64,000 bases of DNA from Candidatus Woesearchaeota archaeon (GTDB lineage: Archaea; Nanobdellota; Nanobdellia; Woesearchaeales; DSVV01). Made by a program: the position numbers and the translations under genes. The DNA lies in assembly GCA_038884615.1 (NCBI GenBank), contig JAWABL010000001.1:57837-121836 (forward strand), given 5' to 3'. The notes below the pieces were generated by a model. The model made no database searches and had not been told where the DNA came from. It saw only the letters and a program-made list of their open reading frames with translations. Shown here one piece after another: positions 11,275 to 20,594 of the stretch; positions within the stretch are counted from its first letter, which is position 1, and each line of letters starts with the position of its first letter.

Positions 11275-11432
11275 GAGGGAGTGCCGGAGTGGCCAAATGA
11301 AGTCTTTATGATTTCAGGCTATACGGGACAGACTCAAGATCTGTTGGCTCAGTGCCTACTAGGGTTCGAAAGAAGCATCGGCAAACAAACAGCGCAATTG
11401 CGCCGTGCTTGGCGAACATCCCTACTCCCTCA
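11275..11432 (+). tRNA. tRNA-Leu (anticodon CAA) with two probable non-canonical introns (D-loop and T-loop)
   Basis: 7-bp acceptor GAGGGAG/CTCCCTC + discriminator A; anticodon arm ACAGA-CUCAAGA-UCUGU (11327..11343); long variable arm; T-stem TAGGG...CCCTA with TTCGAA T-loop interrupted by ~50 nt; 158 nt total versus ~87 nt mature. Confidence 0.7.
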
Positions 11433-11435
11433 ATT

Positions 11436-12542
11436 TCAATTATTTTTTCTTTTTATCCTAAGAAAATCAAACTTCTGTTTTCCTTGCCAAACTGATTTTT
11501 CAGAAACAAGCAAAAAATTCTCAGACTCTAAAAGCATTTTTTTCAGGAGCATGCTGTTTTGTAGGCATACTGCGATTATGCCATCCTTTGTAAGCACAAA
11601 GTCTGCTTGATAGAAAAACTCGCGGTATAGGTTCTGCAACTCTTTCTCGCCGGTTGTTTTTGAAGGCGATGGTGGATGAGTCACTAGTTTATCAACACTT
11701 CCTTTAGAAATCTTTGTATCAAGCCATTCAACATCTACTTTTGAGAAGGTGATATATTTATCAACGCCGGCAATTGCCGCGTTTTTTCTTGAGGAGGTTA
11801 TAAACCTAAGCTGATTGTCATAGCCAATTATACTTTCTTTAGATATTGGTGTAATTCTTTTATCCTTAGGAATCTTACAGATAAATTTTTCTTTTTTAAA
11901 AAAATGAGGAGAAATTCCTGTTGCGAAGAGCGCGGCTTCAATAGGAATTGTCCCAGCCCCGCAAAAGGGATCTAGGAGAACCCCATTTTTTTTATAGCCA
12001 GAAAACCGCATGAGTGAGTATGCTGTTATCGCGCTTAGTGTTGAAGGATGGGAAAAAACTTTATAGTCTCTTTTAGAGAGATCAAAACCGGCAAAATCAA
12101 TCCCTGTTAAACAGCGTGAATTATTAATATAAACAAGCACAACACAATCTGGTTGTACAAGACTTACTTTTGAGCCAACCAACTGTGCGATTATCTCTCC
12201 AACGCCTGATGCAATGTCCTGACTTGAATAATCATGAGCGCCTTCTCTTATACAGTTTACTCTGAAGGTTTTTCCTTTAATAGCAGAAACCGCATTCGTG
12301 TTCAATATCTGCTTTATTGATACAATCGACTCTTCAAGGTTATTATTAACACTACACTCTCCAATAACTCCAATGACATTTAATGCTGAGTGGGCATTGT
12401 ATGCAAGAGTACATATCTCATTTGCATCAGCTTCAAAAAAAACAACTTTTTCTGTAATTATAGAGGGTTTTTTTAGGATTTCTTTTATTTCAAGCGCTGT
12501 AAACTCCTCAACTCCCTGTTCTGTAAATACTGCTGATTTCAT
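11436..12542 (-). CDS. THUMP-domain RNA methyltransferase (Trm14/RlmL-like tRNA m2G methyltransferase)
   Basis: 368 aa; N-terminal THUMP-like region followed by Rossmann methyltransferase with DPFCGAGT (motif I) and THPPSP (motif IV, DPPY-like) as in N2-guanine/N6-adenine methyltransferases. Confidence 0.6.
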   Translation of the reverse strand: MKSAVFTEQGVEEFTALEIKEILKKPSIITEKVVFFEADANEICTLAYNAHSALNVIGVIGECSVNNNLEESIVSIKQILNTNAVSAIKGKTFRVNCIREGAHDYSSQDIASGVGEIIAQLVGSKVSLVQPDCVVLVYINNSRCLTGIDFAGFDLSKRDYKVFSHPSTLSAITAYSLMRFSGYKKNGVLLDPFCGAGTIPIEAALFATGISPHFFKKEKFICKIPKDKRITPISKESIIGYDNQLRFITSSRKNAAIAGVDKYITFSKVDVEWLDTKISKGSVDKLVTHPPSPSKTTGEKELQNLYREFFYQADFVLTKDGIIAVCLQNSMLLKKMLLESENFLLVSEKSVWQGKQKFDFLRIKRKNN

Positions 12543-12628
12543 ACAAAGATAGAATCGCGGCGCCTTTTATAAACATAACTATAAAAAAGGGCATTAAAGC
12601 AAGCAATCTAGAACAATTTTTTAATTTG

Positions 12629-13855
12629 TTAGATGTAGTTTGTGATTTTTGTCTGACATTGCCGCTTTAAAAGGACGCTTGATTTTATAAGCCCGTTTAT
12701 GTCAAGTCCAAACTTTTTCTTAAATAGCGCAATAGCGTAATCAAGCATAAGCTGTTTTGTATCAAACAAAAGTGGTTTTGTTGCAAAGGTTTTTCTTGCG
12801 GCCTCTCGCGTCACCCATACCCCAAGAGGAACAAAGTATTCGCCGGTAATCACCCTTATAACTATTGCACCCGCCTGCTTTTGCAAGTCTCTGAGCTTTT
12901 CAAGCAACGCCAATCTTACAGAGTAGTATCCGCCAGCGCAGTTTTCTGCATAGCTTTTTCTTCCATCATATCCTTCATAATCGGTTGTGTATTCAAGGCT
13001 TTGGCTTTTGTTCCAACTTGCGTTTGGCATGTAGGTTTCAAACAGTTCGTAGCTCCATATTTCCGGAAAGAGCATAAAAAGGTAATAGTTTCCAAGATAA
13101 GAACCAAAAAAAGACATATTATCTTCAATTGGAGGATAGTCCTTAATTTCAGATAACATTTGCTTTGCAAGCATATCATCTGTGGCTGTAATGCTCCATC
13201 TTGTTGGAACAAGTTTTCTATTAGATTTTAAACCTAAGCTTCCTATAGAGAAGAGCTTTGCGATAAAATTTTCATCATAGCCAGACTCGAACAACTGCCA
13301 TGCCGCACCCATTGCTTTGAAATCAGTATCGTCAACAATCTGCTCAACTATCCTGTCAATTTTCGGGTTTGAAGTGATATCAGCAAAAACAAGCTTTGCG
13401 CTTGGACCATATGGCGGTGAAGAAGGGTCGGTAGTAAGCGAAAATTTAGGTTTTTCTTCAAGTTTTATTTCAACATCCACGGGCTTTGAAGCCATGGCGA
13501 CCTGCCTACCAATATCAACAAGCCTATTGTTTTTATGTATGTCTCCCTTTGAGAGCGAGTTAATAAGAGAGCTCCTTAGGTCAACAATTTGTTGTATTCC
13601 ATAGTCCGCCGACGCCCAATAAGAAGGCGAATCATACTGCCATGCATCTGCTTTTGGCTCATGCAAGCTAAGAAGCCCTATACTGACATTAGGATAGCCG
13701 ATTCTACCGACAAAGGGCGCAGGAGATTGTGTTGCAAACTCGCTTGAATTTAAAGAATGGCTTATCTTAAACAAAGAAGACGCTTTGATAAGATGTGGGC
13801 AGAATGCCCTTCCACAGTACCCCCTCCCCTTGCAACGGACGCAGATAATCCTCAT
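12629..13855 (-). CDS. Nre-family protein (archaeal putative DNA-repair protein with N-terminal C4 zinc finger)
   Basis: Start moved to internal ATG (MRIICVRCKGRGYCGRAFCPHL) matching the Nre N-terminal Cys4 signature; ~408 aa typical for NreA/NreB; family assignment from memory of Pfam Nre_N/Nre_C. Confidence 0.5.
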   Translation of the reverse strand: MRIICVRCKGRGYCGRAFCPHLIKASSLFKISHSLNSSEFATQSPAPFVGRIGYPNVSIGLLSLHEPKADAWQYDSPSYWASADYGIQQIVDLRSSLINSLSKGDIHKNNRLVDIGRQVAMASKPVDVEIKLEEKPKFSLTTDPSSPPYGPSAKLVFADITSNPKIDRIVEQIVDDTDFKAMGAAWQLFESGYDENFIAKLFSIGSLGLKSNRKLVPTRWSITATDDMLAKQMLSEIKDYPPIEDNMSFFGSYLGNYYLFMLFPEIWSYELFETYMPNASWNKSQSLEYTTDYEGYDGRKSYAENCAGGYYSVRLALLEKLRDLQKQAGAIVIRVITGEYFVPLGVWVTREAARKTFATKPLLFDTKQLMLDYAIALFKKKFGLDINGLIKSSVLLKRQCQTKITNYI

Positions 13856-13960
13856 ACTGCTGTAATGACATAGTAATATTTTAATTTTTGGGAGAATAAA
13901 AAAATATAAGAAAAGATATATAAAGGTGTTGAATATCAAAACACGCTGGAGGTGGGTCTT

Positions 13961-14023
13961 ATGAAAATGAGATACAGAGACGATGATGAAGACACTGATG
14001 ATGATGAAGAGGACGACTGGTAA
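13961..14023 (+). CDS. possible 20-aa acidic micro-protein (MKMRYRDDDEDTDDDEEDDW)
   Basis: ATG preceded by GGAGGTG Shine-Dalgarno motif at -13..-7; tiny ORF in an otherwise empty 260-bp intergenic gap; coding status unproven. Confidence 0.2.
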   Translation: MKMRYRDDDEDTDDDEEDDW

Positions 14024-14117
14024 TTAAGCATAGAATAAAAGCAATAGGAAAGATAACAAGGAGGTTATCTAAAAATAGTCATCTTATATTGTTTTATTAT
14101 AGATTATAACTATTTGA

Positions 14118-15179
14118 TTATACCCATTTCTTTTTTCTGAAATATCTAAGCATAAGAAAGGCCACTATAGCCATAAACAGCATTATAAGAGGGTAACCGG
14201 CTTTCCACTTAAGCTCTGGCATGTATTCAAAATTCATACCATATATCCCTACTATAAAAGTAAGAGGAATAAATATTGTGGCGATAATAGTTAGAACCTT
14301 CATTATTTCATTAAGTCGGTTGCTAATAATTGATAAGTACACTTCAAGCATCCCTCCAAGTATATCCCTATATGACTCTATCGCGTCTATTATTTGAATT
14401 ATGTGGTCGTAAACATCGCGAATGTAAATCTGAGTAGATTCTTTCAAAATTCTAGAGTCTGACCTCTGCAATGAAGAAAGCAACTCTCTTATTGGCCAGA
14501 TAGATTTACGCAGGAATATCATAAGGTGCTTAATATTGTTTATGGTCTGCATGGTTTTCTGGGTCGGATTGTTTGTAAGTTCTTCTTCCAAAGCCTCTAT
14601 TCTTTCCTCGCACTTTTCAAGAACAACAAAATAGTAGTCAACTATTGAATCAATAATTGAGTATGCAAGATAGTCTGCGCCGGATTTTCGTACCCTGCTT
14701 AAAGGGTTTCTAAGCCTTTGCAATAGCGGATCAAACAGATTAGTTTTTTGCTCGACAACAGAAACAACAAAATTTTTACCGAGAATAATGCTAATCTGAT
14801 CTGAAGAAACTTGATCATTTTGGTTGAACTCAAGCGCCTTTAGCACTATATAGATATAGTTCTCAAAAATTTCAACCTTTGGCCGCTGGTCTGTGTTAAG
14901 GATATCCTCAACAATGAGCTGGTGTAGCCCCATACTCTTGCCAAGCTTTGCAAGCGCATCAACATCGTACAACCCTTCTGCGTGTATCCATGTAATGCTC
15001 GGCGATTTTTTATATTTTATTACCTCTTCTGGTTTTAATATCTCCTTTTCAACAAGCTGTTTTTCATCAAAATCATAAAGAAAAAATTTTGTATGGGTGC
15101 TTTTTTTCTCTCCTATATGCACAAGGCTTCCTGGCGGAAGTCCTGCTTTATGTGATCTCTTTTTTATGATGCGTTGCAT
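14118..15179 (-). CDS. corA: magnesium/cobalt transporter CorA
   Basis: YGMNF signature (GMNFEYMPE) followed by two C-terminal transmembrane helices; start moved to internal ATG (MQRIIKK) so it no longer overlaps the upstream gene. Confidence 0.8.
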   Translation of the reverse strand: MQRIIKKRSHKAGLPPGSLVHIGEKKSTHTKFFLYDFDEKQLVEKEILKPEEVIKYKKSPSITWIHAEGLYDVDALAKLGKSMGLHQLIVEDILNTDQRPKVEIFENYIYIVLKALEFNQNDQVSSDQISIILGKNFVVSVVEQKTNLFDPLLQRLRNPLSRVRKSGADYLAYSIIDSIVDYYFVVLEKCEERIEALEEELTNNPTQKTMQTINNIKHLMIFLRKSIWPIRELLSSLQRSDSRILKESTQIYIRDVYDHIIQIIDAIESYRDILGGMLEVYLSIISNRLNEIMKVLTIIATIFIPLTFIVGIYGMNFEYMPELKWKAGYPLIMLFMAIVAFLMLRYFRKKKWV

Positions 15180-15204
15180 AGATACGATAATACTAAGAAA
15201 GTAT

Positions 15205-15723
15205 TTAAATTTTTGGTAATACATCCTTGTCTTTTGGGAGCGGCAGAAAAATCCGCTCAATTTCTGAAATTGTGACCTTTCCATCTATTTTATGCGGCAA
15301 AGTAAAGGGAGATGCGTAAGAAGCAAGCCAGGGAAAGTCGTCTGCTCTTAAAACCAGTAAAAAAAGCGAGTTGCGGTCTTCTAGATAATCGCGATAATTG
15401 CATTTCCCATCTTCGCCATGTGTCACACACTCGTCCCATTCTCGATGATCATACACGCTGCACCGAGATTTAAGAACAGGCAAGCCATCAATCTCAAAAG
15501 TCTGCTCAAGATTCTTGCAAGCAAAGGATTTTCTGACTATTTTATACTCCTTCAGATATGGCGAGTAGCGCAAAAGCCAAAGTTGTCTTTCTCTATCCCA
15601 TTTCAGTGGCCAAGGGTCAATTATGTCTTCTGGAAAAAAACAGCACTCTGCATCTCCACATACCCCGCCAATTTTTATATAATCCTTCTTAAGTATATAT
15701 GGCTTTATTCCTAGAGTTTCCAT
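15205..15723 (-). CDS. cysteine-rich hypothetical protein (possible YkgJ/UPF0153-like metal-cluster protein)
   Basis: 172 aa; C-x4-CC near N-terminus (VCGDAECC) and CSVYDHREWDEC resembling the C.IY..RP..C motif of the CxxCxxCC family; weak. Confidence 0.35.
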   Translation of the reverse strand: METLGIKPYILKKDYIKIGGVCGDAECCFFPEDIIDPWPLKWDRERQLWLLRYSPYLKEYKIVRKSFACKNLEQTFEIDGLPVLKSRCSVYDHREWDECVTHGEDGKCNYRDYLEDRNSLFLLVLRADDFPWLASYASPFTLPHKIDGKVTISEIERIFLPLPKDKDVLPKI

Positions 15724-16129
15724 TTTTAATCTTCAGCCAATAATCTCTTTTTATTTAAAAATCGTTTGTTTCTATTAAGTTCCTGTAAACTCATTAAACT
15801 AAATCATTCAATCAAGTAAAATAGACAAAGATAGATTTTTAATAAGTTTATTTTAGTAAGTTCATATTAAGTGATACGAGGTGATACTAAATTATACTAA
15901 ATAAAAAATAAAGAACCCGCTATGAATTCTTCTATAAATAATTACAAAAAAAGGTTAAATTTTGAAACCAACACCTTTCATACTTATATTTTTTAAGGTA
16001 TGCTAAAGAAACTAAAAACGCGGTTTAAAAAAAGGCTTTGGAAAAATATTAATAAGCTGCACGCCTAAATAGTGTTAAATATAGTGAAAATTGCGTAGAT
16101 ATTAGTGCCGCAATAAAAAGGATACAAAA

Positions 16130-17815
16130 ATGGAAGAAAAATCCTTCTTTGAAAATATAAGGATAGCATACTTCAGTATGGAGATTGGGATTGACGATAG
16201 AATTCCTACATATTCAGGCGGACTTGGTGTTCTTGCAGGCGACACTTTAAGAAGCGCGGCTGATCTTGGGATTCCGATGGTCGGAGTGAGCCTGCTCTAC
16301 AAAAAAGGCTACTTCAAACAAAGAATAACAAAAAAAGGAGAACAGATAGAAGAGGAAGTTGTATGGGAACCGAGCAAATTTCTTAAACAGCTAGATACAA
16401 AAGTTATGGTTAAAATAAGAGAAAGAGTGGTTTGGATAAAACCCTGGTTGTACACAATCAAAGGCACAACTGGAAAAGAGTTACCTATAATCTTTATGGA
16501 TACTGATATCGCAGAGAACACACCTTACGACAGAACATTAACTCATTATCTCTATGGTTACGATGAAGAGTACCGTCTGTGCCAAGAGGTTGTGCTTGGA
16601 ATTGGGGGAGTAAGGATGCTTGAAAAGATAGGCTGTAAGAACATAAAAAAATATCACATGAACGAAGGGCATTCAGGCTTGCTGGCCATTGAGCTTTGCA
16701 GAAGATACGGCAAGAGAGATGACTGCATAGAGAAAGTGAGAGAACAATGCGTGTTCACCACACACACGCCAGTGCCTGCGGGCCACGACCAGTTCAACAA
16801 AAATTTTGCAATAGATATCCTTGGAGAAAATCTGCCAGAATGGCTCTACAACAAGGTTTTTTTCGAAGACCGGCTTAACATGACATACTTAGGCCTTATT
16901 TTTTCAAAATATATAAATGGGGTTGCAAAAAAACATGGCGAGGTTGCACGGGGCATGTTTCCCGGCTACCATATAGAATCCATAACAAACGGCGTGCACA
17001 CTGCATTCTGGGCATCGCCTTATATGAAACAACTTTTTGAAAAGTATATCCCAGAATGCTTGTGCGACCCATTTAATTTGAGATATATAATGAGTGTGCC
17101 GAAAAAAGAGGTGTGGGATGCACATAAAAAAGCAAAAGCCGAGCTTATAAGGTTTGTAAATGAAAACTACAATGTCGGCATGGACGAAGAAGTGTTTACA
17201 ATAGGATTTGCAAGGCGTGCGGCCACATACAAGAGAGGTGACTTGCTGTTTAGCGACATCGGCAGATTAATTAGAATCGCAGAAAAAACAAAAGGCTTGC
17301 AAATTATTTATTCTGGCAAAGCGCATCCAAAAGATACTGGTGGAAAAGAAGTTATAAGACGCATAATAGAAGCCATGCAACAGCTGGAAAATAAAATAAA
17401 AGCGTGTTATATTGAGGATTACTCAATCAAAATCGCAAAGTTGCTTGTGGCAGGCGTTGACCTATGGGTTAATACTCCGCAACGCCCAATGGAAGCATCA
17501 GGAACATCTGGAATGAAAGCAGCGATAAACGGCGTACCGCAATTTTCCACCTTGGATGGATGGTGGCTTGAAGGACATATAGAAAATGTTACAGGGTGGA
17601 GCATTGGAATCCATCCAAACCAAAAAAAGGAAAGCGAACAAGCAGAAGATGTACTTGATTTTTACAGAAAGCTTGAACATGTTATTCTTCCAAAATATTA
17701 CAACGAAAGAGATAATTGGATTGAAATAATGAGACACGTAATCGCATTGAACGGCTCATTTTTCAACACTCACAGAATGCTGCAACAATATGTTCTTAAT
17801 GCTTATTTTAAGTAA
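16130..17815 (+). CDS. glgP: alpha-glucan (glycogen/maltodextrin) phosphorylase, short archaeal GT35 form
   Basis: 561 aa; N-terminal AYFSMEIG...YSGGLGVLAGD motif and pyridoxal-phosphate Lys motif EASGTSGMKAAINGV. Confidence 0.85.
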   Translation: MEEKSFFENIRIAYFSMEIGIDDRIPTYSGGLGVLAGDTLRSAADLGIPMVGVSLLYKKGYFKQRITKKGEQIEEEVVWEPSKFLKQLDTKVMVKIRERVVWIKPWLYTIKGTTGKELPIIFMDTDIAENTPYDRTLTHYLYGYDEEYRLCQEVVLGIGGVRMLEKIGCKNIKKYHMNEGHSGLLAIELCRRYGKRDDCIEKVREQCVFTTHTPVPAGHDQFNKNFAIDILGENLPEWLYNKVFFEDRLNMTYLGLIFSKYINGVAKKHGEVARGMFPGYHIESITNGVHTAFWASPYMKQLFEKYIPECLCDPFNLRYIMSVPKKEVWDAHKKAKAELIRFVNENYNVGMDEEVFTIGFARRAATYKRGDLLFSDIGRLIRIAEKTKGLQIIYSGKAHPKDTGGKEVIRRIIEAMQQLENKIKACYIEDYSIKIAKLLVAGVDLWVNTPQRPMEASGTSGMKAAINGVPQFSTLDGWWLEGHIENVTGWSIGIHPNQKKESEQAEDVLDFYRKLEHVILPKYYNERDNWIEIMRHVIALNGSFFNTHRMLQQYVLNAYFK

Positions 17816-18023
17816 TTTGAAAGCAAAAATTGTTCCTTAATTGTCCTAATAACCCTCTACAACCATTTATTCCTTGGATAAGTTATAACTTAAAGTAGTA
17901 AAAATAACTTGCAGAGACTGAATAGAAAGCTTAGGGAATGCAACACTAAATTTTTATAAGGGATATATTTTCAATATTTCTTTGTATTAATATTTAGGAT
18001 ATAATACAGCAAATGTAGATGCG

Positions 18024-18034
18024 AGCTTATAAAA
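18024..18034 (+). promoter_or_regulatory. putative TATA box for tRNA-His
   Basis: CTTATAAAAAG 28-38 nt upstream of the tRNA 5' end. Confidence 0.35.
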
Positions 18035-18061
18035 AGTATCTGTAAAGGGCATGATTTTTTT

Positions 18062-18211
18062 GGCGGCCATGGTGTAGCCCGGTAGCATAAGGGACTGTGG
18101 ATCCCTTGGGCCGAGTTCAAAAAGCATTTTGCAAAAGATACGTCGACATAGCAGGGCAATCTTTTTGTCTGGGTTAAGAGTGCAATGGCTTTGAAAGTCT
18201 CGGTGGCCGCC
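18062..18211 (+). tRNA. tRNA-His (anticodon GUG) with encoded G-1 and a ~75-nt intron in the T-loop
   Basis: G-1 pairs with C73 (His identity); acceptor GCGGCCA/TGGCCGC; D-arm GUGU-AGCCCGGUA-GCAU; anticodon arm AGGGA-CUGUGGA-UCCCU; T-stem CCGAG...CTCGG with GTTCAAAA then ~75 nt inserted before the 3' T-stem strand. Confidence 0.75.
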
Positions 18212-18301
18212 CTTTTAACTTTTTTGGCCTTGCATGCTTAAAAATGCGCAAGAGAACAGCCATATAATAAAACTATAAAAAGATTATAAGAGGAATTTAA
18301 A

Positions 18302-18481
18302 TGGACCTGGAGGGATTCGAACCCTCGACCCCCAGCTTGCTTCTGGTTTAGAAGGCTGGTGCCCTATGTTCCCAGTCAAAGCAGTGCTGAAGCTTCCCAG
18401 CTTACTTTCCTGCTACTTATTTAAATTTTAGACAATTCTTGTTGTCTAAAAAAAAAGACCGCCAGGCTAGGCTACAGGTCC
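18302..18481 (-). tRNA. tRNA with a ~95-nt D-loop intron and a short canonical intron (anticodon most parsimoniously UCU, Arg)
   Basis: minus strand: acceptor GGACCUG/CAGGUCC + A73; T-arm GAGGG-UUCGAAU-CCCUC; D-stem GCCU/GGGC; anticodon stem CCAGC/GCUGG enclosing CUUCUA + 11 nt; the large insert contains a perfect 9-bp hairpin (TTTAGACAA...TTGTCTAAA). Confidence 0.6.
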
Positions 18482-18710
18482 AAAAATTGCAAATATAAAA
18501 ACATTAACTCTGGTATTTGATTCAATATATAAAATTTTATAAAATAACTAACATTAATTTTGAATATTTAATATTAAGCGATTAATAAACAATAAAATTG
18601 CCAAGCAAAAAACAAGGGTATATAAATAACATGAATTTTTTGCTTGTTAAAGATTAAAAAGCATTAACAATAAAAGTTATAAAAATTAAGAAGATATAAA
18701 CAAAGAAAAT

Positions 18711-18833
18711 GCGGGGGTAGCCAAGCGGCTAAGGCGATCGGCTGCAGCAGGTGCTGTAAAAAGCGGTATTATGAGCGTTATGCGATGAAATGAAGATACC
18801 GATTATTCGAGGGTTCAAGTCCCTCTCCCCGCT
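18711..18833 (+). tRNA. tRNA (probably Cys, anticodon GCA) with ~50-nt intron at the canonical 37/38 position
   Basis: acceptor GCGGGGG/TCCCCGC; T-arm GAGGG-UUCAAGU-CCCUC; anticodon stem AUCGG...CCGAU enclosing CUGCAG + ~50 nt; TATA GTTATAAAAAT ~30 nt upstream. Confidence 0.65.
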
Positions 18834-19257
18834 CTTTTTATAATAAATAGTAAAAGAGAAAACTATACAAATAATCCAAGACAAGAATTCTTATCCTTTG
18901 TTTTTGTCTTTAGTTGTGAAGGAATATTCTTGACCACATTAGCAATAACATGTGGTTTTAACTCTGAAAAATCTGTTAGCCTTGAATTTTTTTTACCTGC
19001 ATTGTAGGAGACCGGCATTTTGATATTCCTTTTTATTATTCTTTTTAAATATTTTCGTAGTTTAAAATATATATTAATATATTATTTAATATACTAAAAC
19101 GAAAAATATTTAAATTTATTTTATTATAATTCTGAAAATCTGAAATTATAACAAAATTTTCATATAAAAAAATTGAAATTCATATATTTTTTATGAATAT
19201 CAGAAAAAGAGAGATAAGCTACAATTTTAGCAATTAAGTCTTTAAAAAGAGGAGCAC

Positions 19258-19548
19258 ATGAAAAAATATCCTAAAATAGTTCAATGCGACAGCAGAGGAC
19301 AGATTGTTATCCCAAAAGATATACGACGGGAATTGCAAATAGATGAATGGACTGGTTTTTTTATGTATTCTATCCAAGGAGAGGGCATACTTCTAAAAAA
19401 GATAGCTGCAGAAGAACTTGCTGTACATAAAGAGATGCTACAAGAAATTAAAGACAAAGCTGCAACATTGGGCATTAAAAACGAGAATATTGATATTGCT
19501 ATAAAGAACTATAAAAAAACAAAGGAGGGCAACTTGGAAGTGTTATGA
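19258..19548 (+). CDS. AbrB/SpoVT/MazE-family swapped-hairpin DNA-binding protein
   Basis: N-terminal VQCDSRGQIVIPKDIRRELQID matches the AbrB-type looped-hinge-helix motif; 96 aa; stop overlaps start of next gene (ATGA). Confidence 0.6.
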   Translation: MKKYPKIVQCDSRGQIVIPKDIRRELQIDEWTGFFMYSIQGEGILLKKIAAEELAVHKEMLQEIKDKAATLGIKNENIDIAIKNYKKTKEGNLEVL

Positions 19549-20594
19549 GGCTCGCTTATAATAACATAGTCGGCGTACTTGTAATTATGTTGTTGTTATT
19601 GTCTATCTTAGGCCCTTATGCGGTCTATAAAAGAGCCACTGAAGTATTAAGATATCCTACAGTCACCGGAAAGGCATCTTCAATAGGCTCTATAGGCATC
19701 CATATAGTACTTCCACCGCCTGACATGAACTCACTAAACCTGACCGCTGTTCTGGCAGAGGACAACAAAAGCATAATTTTGTTATGGAACTCTGTTTCTG
19801 CCAACAACTACAGTATCTATATCACAGATGATATTGTCTCTGGGTTTGACTATGCTAATCCGAACATCACAGGACTTACAGCAACAAACTGGACTGATGT
19901 AAACGCAAGTCAGGCGCAGCAAAGATACTACAAAGTTGGTGTGTGGAACAGCGGGCTAGAGTATGTGAGCAATGAAACCGCTGGAAAGTATGATATTGAG
20001 ATAAAATTTGCCAACGGAAACCCGGCAGGCTACGAACTTAACCAGATAAGTCTTCCGCTTATGCCAGCAAATCTGTCTTTTTCAAACATAGTGAGGGGTG
20101 GAAGTGACGGAGACATGGTGTTGCGGTTCAACAGAACGGATTTAGGGCCGAATTTTGTCGGCTGGGAAACAAACATAAAAATTGGAGGAACTTGGATGGG
20201 CGATTTTGATGTTTTTTCTTTGCTTGAGGGTTATGTGTTTATTAATGTCCAAACCCCCTACAATTTGACTATTGCAGGAAGGGTTCCAAGTGAAGAAGTA
20301 GCTATTTCAATGCCTGCGGTCACAGGCTCACCTGCAGGGCATGAGATGATTTTGCTTGGATGGAACTCTGCCTATCCAAACTGTAACCTCTCAAATGCCT
20401 TAAATACAACAACTCCGCCTGAAACAATTGTCTGGTTCAACACAACAAATATTGGTGGACAGTACGATGGCTGGCAAACATTTATGCTAATCGGTTCGCA
20501 ATGGTTTCCTACATCTGGTTGCATGCTTCCTGGAAAAGGATATAGGTTTGTCCAGATAGGAACCCCATACACTTGGCACTATGACAGAGGTTAA
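19545..20594 (+). CDS. N-terminally anchored surface glycoprotein-like hypothetical protein
   Basis: 349 aa; N-terminal transmembrane anchor then beta-rich region with >12 N-x-S/T sequons; overlaps flanking genes. Confidence 0.45.
   Translation: MRLAYNNIVGVLVIMLLLLSILGPYAVYKRATEVLRYPTVTGKASSIGSIGIHIVLPPPDMNSLNLTAVLAEDNKSIILLWNSVSANNYSIYITDDIVSGFDYANPNITGLTATNWTDVNASQAQQRYYKVGVWNSGLEYVSNETAGKYDIEIKFANGNPAGYELNQISLPLMPANLSFSNIVRGGSDGDMVLRFNRTDLGPNFVGWETNIKIGGTWMGDFDVFSLLEGYVFINVQTPYNLTIAGRVPSEEVAISMPAVTGSPAGHEMILLGWNSAYPNCNLSNALNTTTPPETIVWFNTTNIGGQYDGWQTFMLIGSQWFPTSGCMLPGKGYRFVQIGTPYTWHYDRG

Noticed and set aside
11281-11610. 109-aa ORF on plus strand
   Set aside because: Overlaps the tRNA-Leu gene and the 3' end of the convergent methyltransferase gene; low-complexity translation; no coding support
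15724-16129. AT-rich 400-bp gap upstream of glgP examined for repeats or small RNAs
   Set aside because: Only generic TATA-like A/T tracts; no inverted-repeat or direct-repeat structure found by eye
17971-18159. 62-aa minus-strand ORF
   Set aside because: Lies antisense within tRNA-His and its promoter; artefact
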